From: Rhodospirillales bacterium
GTDB taxonomy: Bacteria > Pseudomonadota > Alphaproteobacteria > Rhodospirillales > Defluviicoccaceae
NCBI GenBank assembly: GCA_025458035.1
Contig: JALOTH010000003.1
Coordinates: forward strand, 5,317 to 69,316
Direction: 5' to 3'
Length of the DNA: 64,000 nt
The notes under the pieces are model-generated. The model was not told the origin of the DNA, searched no databases, and worked only from the letters and a program-made list of their open reading frames with translations. Below are positions 37,034 through 46,489 of this stretch, piece by piece. Position numbers and translations under genes: made by a program. The stretch's first letter is position 1. Every line of letters begins with the position of its first letter.

Positions 37034-37818
37034 CGCCCGTACTCCGCGGCCAGCGCCCGTTCCGACGCCCGTCCCGGCGTCGCCGCGCGCACGCGGGCGA
37101 GCTCCGCCGTCAGCCAGTCCAGCCACGGCTGCAGGCCGCCGGGGCGGCGGGCGGAAACGCGGATGACCGGCGCCGCGGTGGCCAGGTTGCGGACGGCGGC
37201 CTCGGCGCGGCCGGGATCGAAATCGTCGATCACCGCCAGCAGGTCGGTCTTGCTGAGGACGACGAGATCGGCGGCGCGGAAGATCACCGGGTACTTCGCC
37301 GGCTTGTCGTCACCTTCGGTGACCGAGAGCAAGGTGACGTTGCGGTGCTGGCCCAGGTCGAAGGCGGCGGGGCAGACGAGGTTGCCGACGTTTTCGATGA
37401 ACAGGATGTCGAGCCCGCCGAGATCGAGCCCGTGCAGGGCCTCGTGTACCATCCGCGCATCGAGGTGGCAGGCGGTGCCGGTGGTGATCTGCACCGCCGG
37501 CACCCCCTTGGCGCGGATGCGCGCCGCGTCGTTCTCGGTCTCGAGGTCGCCTTCGATGACGCCGATGCGCACGCCGCCGCCGATGGCGGTAATCGTCGCC
37601 TCCAGCAGCGCCGTCTTGCCGGCGCCGGGCGAGGACATCAGGTTGACGACGAGCAGGCGGTGGGCATCGAAATGGGCGCGGTTGTGGGCGGCCTCCGCAT
37701 CGTTGAGCGCCAGCAGGCCGGCCATCACCGCGACCGCCTGACCGGATCCCGGTTCAGCGTGGCCGGGGTGGGGGTGGGCGTGGCGGGCGGTCACCGCGCA
37801 GCCGCAGCTTTCACACAT
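37030..37818 (-). CDS. hypB: hydrogenase nickel-incorporation GTPase HypB
   Basis: N-terminal MCESCGC metal site, His-rich stretch, GSPGAGKT P-loop and ENVGNLVCP. Confidence 0.95.
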   Translation of the reverse strand: MCESCGCAVTARHAHPHPGHAEPGSGQAVAVMAGLLALNDAEAAHNRAHFDAHRLLVVNLMSSPGAGKTALLEATITAIGGGVRIGVIEGDLETENDAARIRAKGVPAVQITTGTACHLDARMVHEALHGLDLGGLDILFIENVGNLVCPAAFDLGQHRNVTLLSVTEGDDKPAKYPVIFRAADLVVLSKTDLLAVIDDFDPGRAEAAVRNLATAAPVIRVSARRPGGLQPWLDWLTAELARVRAATPGRASERALAAEYGR

Positions 37819-38206
37819 GGCAATCGGCCTTTCGTTCCGCCGCGGCGGGCGCGCCGTCGTCGGCGATGTCGAGCTCGACGCTTTCCAGGATCAGCTCCTC
37901 GCCGGCGGTCACCCGCACGTCGATGCCGCCGCAGGCGGGGCAGCAAAGGCGGTTCGCCGCCACCTCGGCCGTCGCCCCGCAGGCGCGGCAGGCGATCGCG
38001 ATGGGCGCCGTGACGATGACCAGTTCGGCGGCCTCGGCGACGCCGCCGGCGCGGGTGAGGGTAAACGCGCGCTCCAGCAGCGCCGCCTCGACGCCGGCGA
38101 GCGGGCCGACGCGCAGGCGGATCATCGTCACCCGCTGCGCCCGGTGCGCCGCCGCGATCGCTTCCACCTGGCGCAGCAGCGCCTCACACAGGGAAAACTC
38201 GTGCAC
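37811..38206 (-). CDS. hypA: hydrogenase nickel-insertion protein HypA
   Basis: (M)HEFSLCEALL N-terminus and two CxxC zinc motifs (CRACG; CPACGG). GTG start. 8-nt overlap with hypB. Confidence 0.93.
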   Translation of the reverse strand: MHEFSLCEALLRQVEAIAAAHRAQRVTMIRLRVGPLAGVEAALLERAFTLTRAGGVAEAAELVIVTAPIAIACRACGATAEVAANRLCCPACGGIDVRVTAGEELILESVELDIADDGAPAAAERKADCHV

Positions 38207-38212
38207 CCGCCG

Positions 38213-38458
38213 TCAGCCCGCCGCGAGGGCGCGCTCTTCCAGCGCCATTGCTTCGTCGAACAGCGCCCAGGTTTCGCGCGCGTCGTCCTCGCTCAGCCGC
38301 TGGATGGCGTAGCCGACGTGCACCAGCACGTGATCGCCGATGGCGACCGCCTCGTCCTGCAGCATGAACAGATTGACGTCGCGCGTCACGCCGCGGACAT
38401 CGCAGCGGGCGATCATCCCGTCGATGGCGACGATGCGCATGGGAATGGCGAGGCACAT
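38213..38458 (-). CDS. hypC: hydrogenase assembly chaperone HypC/HupF
   Basis: MCLAIPMRIV N-terminus (essential Cys2), 81 aa. Confidence 0.92.
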   Translation of the reverse strand: MCLAIPMRIVAIDGMIARCDVRGVTRDVNLFMLQDEAVAIGDHVLVHVGYAIQRLSEDDARETWALFDEAMALEERALAAG

Positions 38459-38617
38459 GGTGGTCTTTCGTCTCCCTGCCGGCCGCCGCGCCCGCCCCCG
38501 CGCGCAGCCCGTTTTTTTCACTTATGCCGCGACGATAGCAAATTCCGGCGCCGCTGCCCAGCGGCGGCGATGAGGCCTCGGCGCGCTGCTATCGGCCTTC
38601 GGACCCGCCGGGGCGGG

Positions 38618-39418
38618 TCAGCCGTGGCCGCCGCGGCGGGCGAACTGCCGCTTCTGGATCAGCGACGCGGTGATGACGCCGAGGGCAACGACGGCAATGA
38701 GAATGGTGGAGATGGCGTTGATCTCCGGCGTGATACCCAGCCGCACTTGGCTGTAGATGCGCATCGGCAGCGTCGTCGCCCCGGGGCCGGTGGTGAAACT
38801 GGCGATCACCAGATCGTCCAGCGACAGCGTAAACGCCAACAGCCAGCCGGAGACCAGCGCCGGCGCGATCACCGGCAGGGTGATGACGAAGAAGGTCCGC
38901 AGCGGCGTCGCGCCGAGGTCCATCGCCGCTTCCTCCAGCATCTCGTCAAAGGTCAGCAGCCGGGACTGGACGACGACCGCCACGTAGGCCGTCGTGAACG
39001 TGGTGTGGGCGACGACGACGGTGGAGAACCCGCGGTCCCAATCGACGGCGACGAACAGCAGCAGCAGCGACAGGCCGGTGATCACCTCCGGCATCACCAA
39101 GGGCGCGAAGATCATGCCCGAGAACAGCGTGCGGCCGCGAAAGCGGACAAAGCGGACGAGGGTAATCGCCGCGAGGGTGCCGAGGACGAGGGCGAGGGTT
39201 GCCGAGGTCAGCGCTATCTTCAGCGTCACCCAGATCGACTCGAGAAGCAGGCGATTGCGAAACAACTCGCCATACCATTTGAAGGAAAATCCGCCCCACA
39301 CGGTCACCAGCCGCGATTCGTTGAATGAAAAAATCATCAGCAGCAGAATGGGAATATACAGGAAGGCAAAACCCAGGGTCAGCGCGCTGACCGTCATCGC
39401 CGAAAACCCCGGTTTCAT
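38618..39418 (-). CDS. potI: putrescine ABC transporter permease PotI
   Basis: Six TM segments with an EAA-type loop (EEAAMDLGATPLRTF). ATGA overlap with potH. Confidence 0.88.
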   Translation of the reverse strand: MKPGFSAMTVSALTLGFAFLYIPILLLMIFSFNESRLVTVWGGFSFKWYGELFRNRLLLESIWVTLKIALTSATLALVLGTLAAITLVRFVRFRGRTLFSGMIFAPLVMPEVITGLSLLLLFVAVDWDRGFSTVVVAHTTFTTAYVAVVVQSRLLTFDEMLEEAAMDLGATPLRTFFVITLPVIAPALVSGWLLAFTLSLDDLVIASFTTGPGATTLPMRIYSQVRLGITPEINAISTILIAVVALGVITASLIQKRQFARRGGHG

Positions 39419-40443
39419 TGCGGGGCCTCCCGCTCGGCGCGGCGCGCCTGCGATCGTTGGAAGTACATGATCGGCAACACCAGGATCAGCAGCAGGACGA
39501 TCGCCACCGCGCTCGCCAGCGGCCAGTCGCGATTGCTGAAAAACTCCACCCACAGCAGGCGGCCGATCATCAGCGTCTGCGACCCGCCGAGGAGATCGGG
39601 GATGACGAATTCGCCGACCGCCGGAATGAAAACGAGCATGCAGCCGGCGACGATGCCGGGGAAGGCGATGGGAACGGTGATCTTCCAGAAGCTGGTGGAT
39701 GGCCGGCAGCCGAGATCGATCGCCGCCTCGATCAGGCTGGGATCCATGCGGTCAAAGCTCGCATAGATCGGCAGCACCATGAACGGCAGGTAGGAGTAGA
39801 CGATGCCGATGTAAACGGCGACGTTGGTGTTCAGAATGATCAGGGGTTCCGAAATCAAGCCAAGGCCGAGCAGCAGCGCATTGAGCAGGCCCTCGTTCTT
39901 CAGGATGCCGATCCAGGCGTAGACACGGATCAGGAACGAGGTCCAAAACGGCAGAATGATCAGCATCAGCAGCGTCAACCGCCAGCTTTCCGGCGCGCGC
40001 GCAATCGCGTAGGCCAGCGGCAAGGCGACGGCGAGCGTCAGCAGGGTGGCCGTCGCGGCGATCTTCAGGGAACTCAGATAGGCGCGAACATAAAGATCGT
40101 CGGTCAGCAGCGTGATGTAGTTCGACAGGTTGAAGCGCGCGCTTAAGTACCAGTTGCCGGCCTCGTCAACGAGATCCAGCAACGGCGCGTAGGGCGGCTG
40201 GGCGAGAACCGCTTCCGAAAAGCTCAGCTTCAGGACGATGAAGAACGGCACCAGAAAAAAAAGAACAAGCCAGACATAGGGGATGAAGATAACCGCGGAT
40301 CGCCCGCGTTTCTCGATCAACGAGATCAGTCGCGCGCCGATCGCCCACGGCGAGGTCGGCGGCAGCGTCCGGTCAAGCACCTCGAACGGCGTCGGCGGCG
40401 GTCCCGGTGATATCGGCGGCGGCGCCGGGCGTCCCTGTTGCAT
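39415..40443 (-). CDS. potH: putrescine ABC transporter permease PotH
   Basis: Binding-protein-dependent permease fold with IEAAIDLGCRPSTSFWKITVP. Confidence 0.88.
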   Translation of the reverse strand: MQQGRPAPPPISPGPPPTPFEVLDRTLPPTSPWAIGARLISLIEKRGRSAVIFIPYVWLVLFFLVPFFIVLKLSFSEAVLAQPPYAPLLDLVDEAGNWYLSARFNLSNYITLLTDDLYVRAYLSSLKIAATATLLTLAVALPLAYAIARAPESWRLTLLMLIILPFWTSFLIRVYAWIGILKNEGLLNALLLGLGLISEPLIILNTNVAVYIGIVYSYLPFMVLPIYASFDRMDPSLIEAAIDLGCRPSTSFWKITVPIAFPGIVAGCMLVFIPAVGEFVIPDLLGGSQTLMIGRLLWVEFFSNRDWPLASAVAIVLLLILVLPIMYFQRSQARRAEREAPQ

Positions 40444-40458
40444 GGCGTGGCGGCCCCC

Positions 40459-41649
40459 TCACGCCAGCAGGATGACGCTGGCCGCCGGCGGCCACCACAC
40501 CCAGACGGGATCGTCCCAGGTGATCGGCCGTTCGACGAACCGATGGCGATTGGCGGTGGTCACTTTGACCTTCGTGCCGTTCGCCAGGCGCACATGGTAG
40601 ACGGAGATGCTGCCGAGATAGCCGATGTCGAAGACGGTGCCGGAGATGCAGTTGTGGCCGGCATCTTCCGGGGGGGTCTTGGCGATCGACATTTTTTCCG
40701 GCCGGATCGCCGCGTAAACCTCCTGCCCGGGCACCGCGTCGAGGCCGCGGTCGGCAAAGATCGTGGTGTCCGCCTCCGGCGAAAACACCGTGACGTGGTC
40801 CTTGCCCGCTTCCACCACGCGGCTTTCGAAGATGTTCACCTCGCCGATGAATTGCGAGACGTAAAGACTGTTCGGATATTCGTAGATCTCACCCGGCGTT
40901 CCGACCTGCACCGTGCGGCCGCGATCCATGATGGCGATGCGGGTGGATACGGTCATCGCTTCGTCCTGGTCGTGGGTGACGATGATGAAGGTGATGCCGA
41001 GGCTTTCCTGAATGTTGACCAGCTCGAACTGCGTCTGCTCACGCAACCGGCGGTCGAGGGCGCCGAGCGGTTCGTCCAGCAGCAGCACCTTCGGCCGCTT
41101 GACCAGCGCGCGCGCCAAGGCCACCCGCTGCTTCTGGCCTCCGGACAGCTGATGCGGCTTGCGCCTGGCGAAGTCCGTCAATTCCACCAGGCCGAGCATC
41201 GCCGCGACGCGATCGGCGATTTCCGATCGTCCCATGCCCTCCTGCTTGAGACCGAAGGAGATGTTCTGCTCAACGGTCATGTGCGGGAACAGCGCGTAAC
41301 TTTGGAACATCATGTTGACCGGCCGGCGGTACGGAGGCACCGCCGACATGTCGACACCGTCGATCCGGATGCTGCCCGACGTGGGGGTTTCGAAGCCCGC
41401 CAGCATGCGCAGCAGCGTCGTCTTGCCGCACCCGGACGGTCCCAGCAGGGCGAAGAACTCCCGCGGGTAGATATCCAGCCAAACGTCGTCAACCGCGACG
41501 AAGTTGCCGAATGTCTTGACGACATCGCGGATCTCGATCAACGGCACCGCACTCGGATCGCGCCAAGGCTCCTGCGGTCCGCGAACATCCGCGGGCTTTG
41601 CATCCATCATCGCCGTTGATGCCTCCACCGCCTGCACCGATGCCGCCAC
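40459..41649 (-). CDS. potG: putrescine/spermidine ABC transporter ATPase PotG/PotA
   Basis: GPSGCGKTT, LSGGQKQRVALARAL, LLLDEP, and a C-terminal TOBE-like domain. The start may be ATG 41610. Confidence 0.92.
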   Translation of the reverse strand: MAASVQAVEASTAMMDAKPADVRGPQEPWRDPSAVPLIEIRDVVKTFGNFVAVDDVWLDIYPREFFALLGPSGCGKTTLLRMLAGFETPTSGSIRIDGVDMSAVPPYRRPVNMMFQSYALFPHMTVEQNISFGLKQEGMGRSEIADRVAAMLGLVELTDFARRKPHQLSGGQKQRVALARALVKRPKVLLLDEPLGALDRRLREQTQFELVNIQESLGITFIIVTHDQDEAMTVSTRIAIMDRGRTVQVGTPGEIYEYPNSLYVSQFIGEVNIFESRVVEAGKDHVTVFSPEADTTIFADRGLDAVPGQEVYAAIRPEKMSIAKTPPEDAGHNCISGTVFDIGYLGSISVYHVRLANGTKVKVTTANRHRFVERPITWDDPVWVWWPPAASVILLA

Positions 41650-41701
41650 GGTCGAGGCAGCCTGGCCGATCGCGATCCGGGACCGCCCGTCGGACGCACG
41701 G

Positions 41702-42823
41702 TCAGCTTGCGGTCTTCACGCGCTGCCAGATCCGCGTGACCAGCCGTTGCAGCTTTTGGTCATACGGCGTGACCACGAACAAGCGCTTCATCACTTCGGG
41801 CGGCGGATAGATGTTTGGATCGTCGAGAATGTCCTTATTGACCAGCGGCTTCGAGGCGGCATTGGCGTTGGCGTAGGTGACGTAGTTGGTCGCCTTGGCG
41901 ATCACCTCGGGCCGCATCATGTAATTGATGAATTCGAGACCTTCTTTCGGATGCGGCGCGTCTTTTGGCATCGCCATCATATCGAACCATAATTGCGCCC
42001 CCTCCTTCGGAATGATGTACTTTATTACGAAGGTTTTGTTGGCTTCCTCGGCGCGCGTCCGGGCAATGTTTGCATCGCCTGACCACATGACAGCGAAACA
42101 GATATCGCCATTGGCCAGCGCATTGATGTTTTCGGACGAGTGGAATTTTCGGATCGACGGCTTGATCGCCTTCAATACCGCCTCGGCTTTTTCAATAACG
42201 GCGGGATCCTTGCTATCGGGATTTTCGCCGATGAAGTTGAGCGCCGCCGGAATGATCTCGTCAGCGGCATCGAGCATGTAGACGCCGCAATCCGCCAGTT
42301 TCTTCAGCAGTTCCGGCTCAAAAACGAACCGCCAACTGTCGATCTTCTGATCCGGAAGGCGCTTCTGTACGGCTTCCTCGTTAAAGGCAATCCCTGTGGT
42401 GCCCCACATGTACGGAACACCGTAGTCATTGCCCGGATCATAGCGGGTGACCAATTGCATGATCGACGGATCGAGGTTTTTCCAATTCGGCAATGCCGAA
42501 CGATCCAGTTTCTGGAAGACCCCGGCCTGGATCTGTCTTGACAAGAAATTGCCGCTGGGAAAGACGACATCATAGCCGGATTTCCCGGCAAGCAGTTTCG
42601 TTTCCAGAATGTCATTGGAATCGTAGACATCATAGATGACCTTGATGCCGGTCTCGGCCTCGAAGTCCTTGAGGATCGCCTCGTCGATATAATCGGACCA
42701 GTTGTAGACTCTGACGACGCGATCCGCCGCTGCCGCCGGCAGCAGCACCGTCGCCAGCAGCAACACTGACAGCACAGCCGAAATCCAGGACCGCTTCACG
42801 GCACCGCCTCCCCGACCCATCAA
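41702..42823 (-). CDS. potF: putrescine-binding periplasmic protein PotF
   Basis: Signal peptide, then VYNWSDYIDE...VIYDVYDSND...FPSGNFLSRQIQAGVFQKLD, collinear with E. coli PotF. Confidence 0.92.
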   Translation of the reverse strand: MMGRGGGAVKRSWISAVLSVLLLATVLLPAAAADRVVRVYNWSDYIDEAILKDFEAETGIKVIYDVYDSNDILETKLLAGKSGYDVVFPSGNFLSRQIQAGVFQKLDRSALPNWKNLDPSIMQLVTRYDPGNDYGVPYMWGTTGIAFNEEAVQKRLPDQKIDSWRFVFEPELLKKLADCGVYMLDAADEIIPAALNFIGENPDSKDPAVIEKAEAVLKAIKPSIRKFHSSENINALANGDICFAVMWSGDANIARTRAEEANKTFVIKYIIPKEGAQLWFDMMAMPKDAPHPKEGLEFINYMMRPEVIAKATNYVTYANANAASKPLVNKDILDDPNIYPPPEVMKRLFVVTPYDQKLQRLVTRIWQRVKTAS

Positions 42824-43042
42824 TCAACGAGCAGACACCATCGACGCTGAGGGGCGGGACCCTAGCGCGTTCGCATTCCGCCGCCAATAGGGTGCCGTCC
42901 CCGGGCGCCGGCACCGCCAGCGCAACGGCAGCAGCCGCCGCGACGCGACGGGGTTGACGGCTGGCGAGGCGCGCAGCGAAGTGTTAAACGATCGCGCGCG
43001 GCGGCGCATCGCGGCGCAGTCTGGGTGGAGGAGGGTATCCGC

Positions 43043-43477
43043 ATGATCGCTGGCTTTCTCAAGGAATTCCGGGAATTCGCGGTCCGGGGCAACGTGGTCG
43101 ACATGGCTGTCGGCATCATCATCGGCGCGGCGTTCGGCAAGATCGTCGCCTCCCTGGTCGAAGACGTGATCATGCCGCCGATCGGATGGCTGGTCGGCAA
43201 GGTCGATTTCAGCGACCTCTACATCAATCTGTCCGGTGAGACCTATGCGTCGTTGCAGGCCGCGAAAACCGCCGGCGCCCCGGTCGTCGGCTATGGATCG
43301 TTCATCAACGCCTGCATCAATTTCACCATCGTTGCCTTCGCCGTGTTCCTCCTCGTCAAGCAGATCAACCGCCTCAAGAAGATGGCCGCCATCAAGGAGG
43401 AGGATAGCGCCGCAGCGCCGCCGCCGGCGGATGTGGTTCTCCTCGAAGAGATCCGCGACATCCTGAAATCCAAGTAA
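43043..43477 (+). CDS. mscL: large-conductance mechanosensitive channel
   Basis: [42 protein letters not shown] is the MscL signature. Confidence 0.96.
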   Translation: MIAGFLKEFREFAVRGNVVDMAVGIIIGAAFGKIVASLVEDVIMPPIGWLVGKVDFSDLYINLSGETYASLQAAKTAGAPVVGYGSFINACINFTIVAFAVFLLVKQINRLKKMAAIKEEDSAAAPPPADVVLLEEIRDILKSK

Positions 43478-43481
43478 CGGT

Positions 43482-44204
43482 TTGTCGACAGGGGCTCTGG
43501 CGGTGACCGGTGACGCCGAAGAGAACCGTGCGTTCGACGCGAATGACGTGGAAGTGTCGTCCGTCGAGACGCCGTTTCGCGGGTATTTCCGCATGGATCG
43601 CTACCGGTTCCGGCACCGCCGCTTTGCCGGCGGATGGACCGGCGAGGTCGTCAGGGAGGTGTTTGAGCGCGGGCACGCGGTGGCGGTTCTGCTTTATGAT
43701 CCCCTCGCCGACGCCGTCGTCCTCATCGAACAGTTTCGCGTCGGCGCGCTCGCCGCATTCCGTGAACCCTGGCTCGGCGAGGATCGCTCGCCTTGGCTGA
43801 TCGAGCTGGTGGCGGGCATCATCGACGCCGGCGAAACGGCGCCCGCCGTGGCGCGGCGCGAAGCCATCGAGGAAGCGGGCTGTCACGTCGATCAACTCGA
43901 GGAGATCGCCCGGTTTCTGGTCAGCCCCGGGGGCACCAGCGAGACCATCATCCTCTATGCGGGCCGCGTCGACAGCGCCGGCATCGGCGGCTTGCATGGC
44001 CTTGACCACGAGGACGAGGACATTCGCGTGCATGTCGTGCCATCGGCCACCGTGTTCCGGTGGCTGGACGAAGGGCGGATCATCAACGCCCAGGCGCTGA
44101 TCGGCCTGCAATGGTTTCGCCTGCACCGCGACGCGCTGCGTGCCCGCTGGCTAGCCGAGGCAGATGTGGCGGGACGGGGCGGACAGGCGGCGGCGATCAC
44201 GTAA
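43482..44204 (+). CDS. nudF: ADP-ribose pyrophosphatase (Nudix hydrolase)
   Basis: Nudix box ELVAGIIDAGETAPAVARREAIEEAG. The N-terminal YRFRHRRF...GGW region resembles ADPRase. The start is uncertain (TTG 43482 or GTG 43503). Confidence 0.8.
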   Translation: MSTGALAVTGDAEENRAFDANDVEVSSVETPFRGYFRMDRYRFRHRRFAGGWTGEVVREVFERGHAVAVLLYDPLADAVVLIEQFRVGALAAFREPWLGEDRSPWLIELVAGIIDAGETAPAVARREAIEEAGCHVDQLEEIARFLVSPGGTSETIILYAGRVDSAGIGGLHGLDHEDEDIRVHVVPSATVFRWLDEGRIINAQALIGLQWFRLHRDALRARWLAEADVAGRGGQAAAIT

Positions 44205-44718
44205 TCGCGTCGATCTGCTCGTCGGACAGTCCGCCCGGAACGAACGTCACCGGGATCGGCAGCCGCCCAATTCTCTTCATCACATAAGTGATGATCCGGC
44301 CCGGTCCGTCAGACCCGGTGGCCGCGCCGAGCACGAGGACCGAAAGCTCCGATTCGCTTTCCAGCAACTGCATGAGTTGTTCCGTCAAATTGCCTTCGCG
44401 AATGTAAATCACCGGCACCGTCCCGGACAGCTTTTGCACCACCGACGAAACAACCTGTAGTAATTCCTCCGCCTGCTCGCGCCGCTCCTCAGCCATCAGG
44501 TGCCCGACAGCCATCCAATGCTGGTATTCGACCGGTTCGAGGACATAGAGCAAGGCGACGCGGCCGCCGGTATTTTTCGCACGGCGGCACGCATAGCGGA
44601 GCGCCTGATGCAATTCGGCGCTTTCATCGACGACACAGACGAAGGTCCGGCTGGGCGGCCGTGCTGGTTCGCGTTCCGGCGGAACGAACGCTGCTCCGTC
44701 CTCGTCCTCTTCGTTCAC
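44197..44718 (-). CDS. universal stress protein (UspA family)
   Basis: 173 aa. TFVCVVDESAE...VALLYVLEP...LVLGA pattern of the Usp fold. Confidence 0.8.
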   Translation of the reverse strand: MNEEDEDGAAFVPPEREPARPPSRTFVCVVDESAELHQALRYACRRAKNTGGRVALLYVLEPVEYQHWMAVGHLMAEERREQAEELLQVVSSVVQKLSGTVPVIYIREGNLTEQLMQLLESESELSVLVLGAATGSDGPGRIITYVMKRIGRLPIPVTFVPGGLSDEQIDAIT

Positions 44719-44721
44719 GTC

Positions 44722-45465
44722 TTATCCTTTGCGGAAGACCATATTGGCAATCCATCCTGCCATCGCCGCGAGGGCAACCGCAAGAACACCATAGGCGAGG
44801 GATTCCTTGCGGGCGAAATCGAAGACCTTGGCTTCAAACCCGATCCGGCTCACTTTCAGCGGCGTGATCTCGGCATTGGTCACTTCGCCGCCGCGCACGA
44901 GAAACACGTGCACCAGATAGTCGCCCACCGGCGCGTTGGCCGGAACGCGCATGTCCGTCCGAAACAGCCGGTCGCCAAGAAACCGCAACGCGCCCGGCTC
45001 GACGCTGTAAAGCCCCGTCCGCTGTTTGATGCGAATGAGGGCGGCGCGAAAATCGGCGGCATCGATGCCGAGGGTGGCGGTGGTCAACGGGATCCGCAGG
45101 TTTCCGACGCCAATCTGATGACGCGCGGCCACCTGTTCGGGCATCATTTCGCCGATTGGAACGCTGGTGGCGAGGGCGTAGTAGCCGGGGACCTTGGCAA
45201 AACGCGCTTCCGCATCGTTGAACCAGATGCCGAAATGGCGCCCCTTCCGCCGCACCGTCTGATCGCCTTCCGGCCCCCGGACGACGACGACGACGTCGCC
45301 CTCGCCCCCCGTGGTGCCGAACAGCAGGATGTCCGATCCGGTGAACCCGGTGGTGATGGCCACCAGATTGCTGGACAACGCGGCGACAAGGTCGGCGGAC
45401 GTCCTCTCTGAAGGAAGGACGGCGAGAACGAGAGTTAGGGCGGCCAGCAGCGATGACCGGAGCAC
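44722..45465 (-). CDS. TIGR02186 (Alph_Pro_TM) family protein
   Basis: GTG 45465 gives a signal peptide (VLRSSLLAALTLVLAVL), a soluble domain and a C-terminal TM anchor (AYGVLAVALAAMAGWIANMVF). It has the usual position directly after a TauE/SafE gene. Confidence 0.75.
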   Translation of the reverse strand: MLRSSLLAALTLVLAVLPSERTSADLVAALSSNLVAITTGFTGSDILLFGTTGGEGDVVVVVRGPEGDQTVRRKGRHFGIWFNDAEARFAKVPGYYALATSVPIGEMMPEQVAARHQIGVGNLRIPLTTATLGIDAADFRAALIRIKQRTGLYSVEPGALRFLGDRLFRTDMRVPANAPVGDYLVHVFLVRGGEVTNAEITPLKVSRIGFEAKVFDFARKESLAYGVLAVALAAMAGWIANMVFRKG

Positions 45466-45478
45466 CGCGCCGCTCGCG

Positions 45479-46319
45479 TCAGGAAGCGAGTGAGAACAGG
45501 TCCTCCGGCCGCGCCACCAGATCGAACGCAAGTTTGACGGCGACGGCGAGGACGAGCAGCGCAAGCAGGCTGCGCAGTTGATCTCCGCGCAGCTTGGCGC
45601 TGGCGCGAACACCGAACTGGGCGCCAATGACGCCGCCGACGGACAGCAACAGCGCCAGGACGATGTCGACGGTCATGTTGGTGACCGCTTGCAGGATGGT
45701 GACGTTGGCGGTGACGAAAATGATCTGGAACAGCGAAGTGCCGACCACCACGGACGTTGGCATGCCGATCAGGTAGATCATCGCCGGTACCATGATGAAA
45801 CCGCCGCCAACCCCCATGATGGCGACGAGGATACCGACGAAAAGCCCAACGCCGATGGGCAGCAGGATGCTGACATAGATCCGCGACCGGCGAAACCGCA
45901 CCTTGAGCGGCAGCTTCGATGCTTTCCTTCAGCATCAGCAGTCCGATGACACCGAGGAAAACAACAAACGACACCTGGATGACCACATCGATCTGGCCGA
46001 GCGCGCGCAGCAAGGTGAAAATCCAGACGCCAATGGTCGAGCCGATGAACCCGCCGATCAGCAGCGCGAAGCCCATGCGGACATCGACATTGCCGCGGCG
46101 CCAGTGAGCCAGCCCCCCGGAAACCGACAGCGCCACGATCTGCGCCGCCTGCGAGGCGACGGCGACCGCCGGCGCAACGCCAATGAACATCAGCAGCGGC
46201 GTCGTCAGGAAACCACCGCCGACGCCGAAGAGACCGGAGAGGAAGCCGACGAGGCCGCCAAGGCCGAATATCAAAAGGGTGCTCACCGCCATCTCGGCGA
46301 TCGGCAGGTAGATGTCCAT
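45479..46319 (-). pseudogene. TauE/SafE (DUF81) anion-exporter gene disrupted by an internal deletion plus frameshift near 45900-45920
   Basis: The N-terminal half (MDIYLPIAEM...GVGGGFLTTPLL...LMLKESIEA) is in one frame. The C-terminal half (LPLKVRFRRSRIYVS...GVGGGFIMVPAM...) is in the +1 frame, with stops upstream. The ~20-residue basic linker that, from memory of homologues, separates these blocks is absent. Confidence 0.65.
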
Positions 46320-46461
46320 GGCCGGCCCACGGTCCTGAATGCTGGAGTCTGCCCCGCGCGCCCATGAGGACTTCGGCGGCAACGGCAACTGCGCTCCGTC
46401 TCAAGGATCACGGCAGCATAGGCAGCGTGTACAATCAGATCAAAGTGAAAAGGCCGCCGGC

Positions 46462-46486
46462 ACAACACAAAGCGGCGCATCGCCGC
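46462..46486 (-). terminator. Rho-independent terminator after the Nudix gene
   Basis: Minus strand reads GCGGCG-atg-CGCCGC followed by tttgtgttgt, starting 4 nt after the stop. Confidence 0.55.
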
Positions 46487-46489
46487 CGG

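Noticed and set aside
38459-38617. Possible sigma54 (-24/-12) promoter or terminator between potI and hypC
   Set aside because: The best GG...GC candidates have 11-nt rather than 10-nt spacing and poor flanks. The ACCCGCC/GGCGGGT dyad after potI has a 2-nt loop and no U-tract. Neither can be supported.
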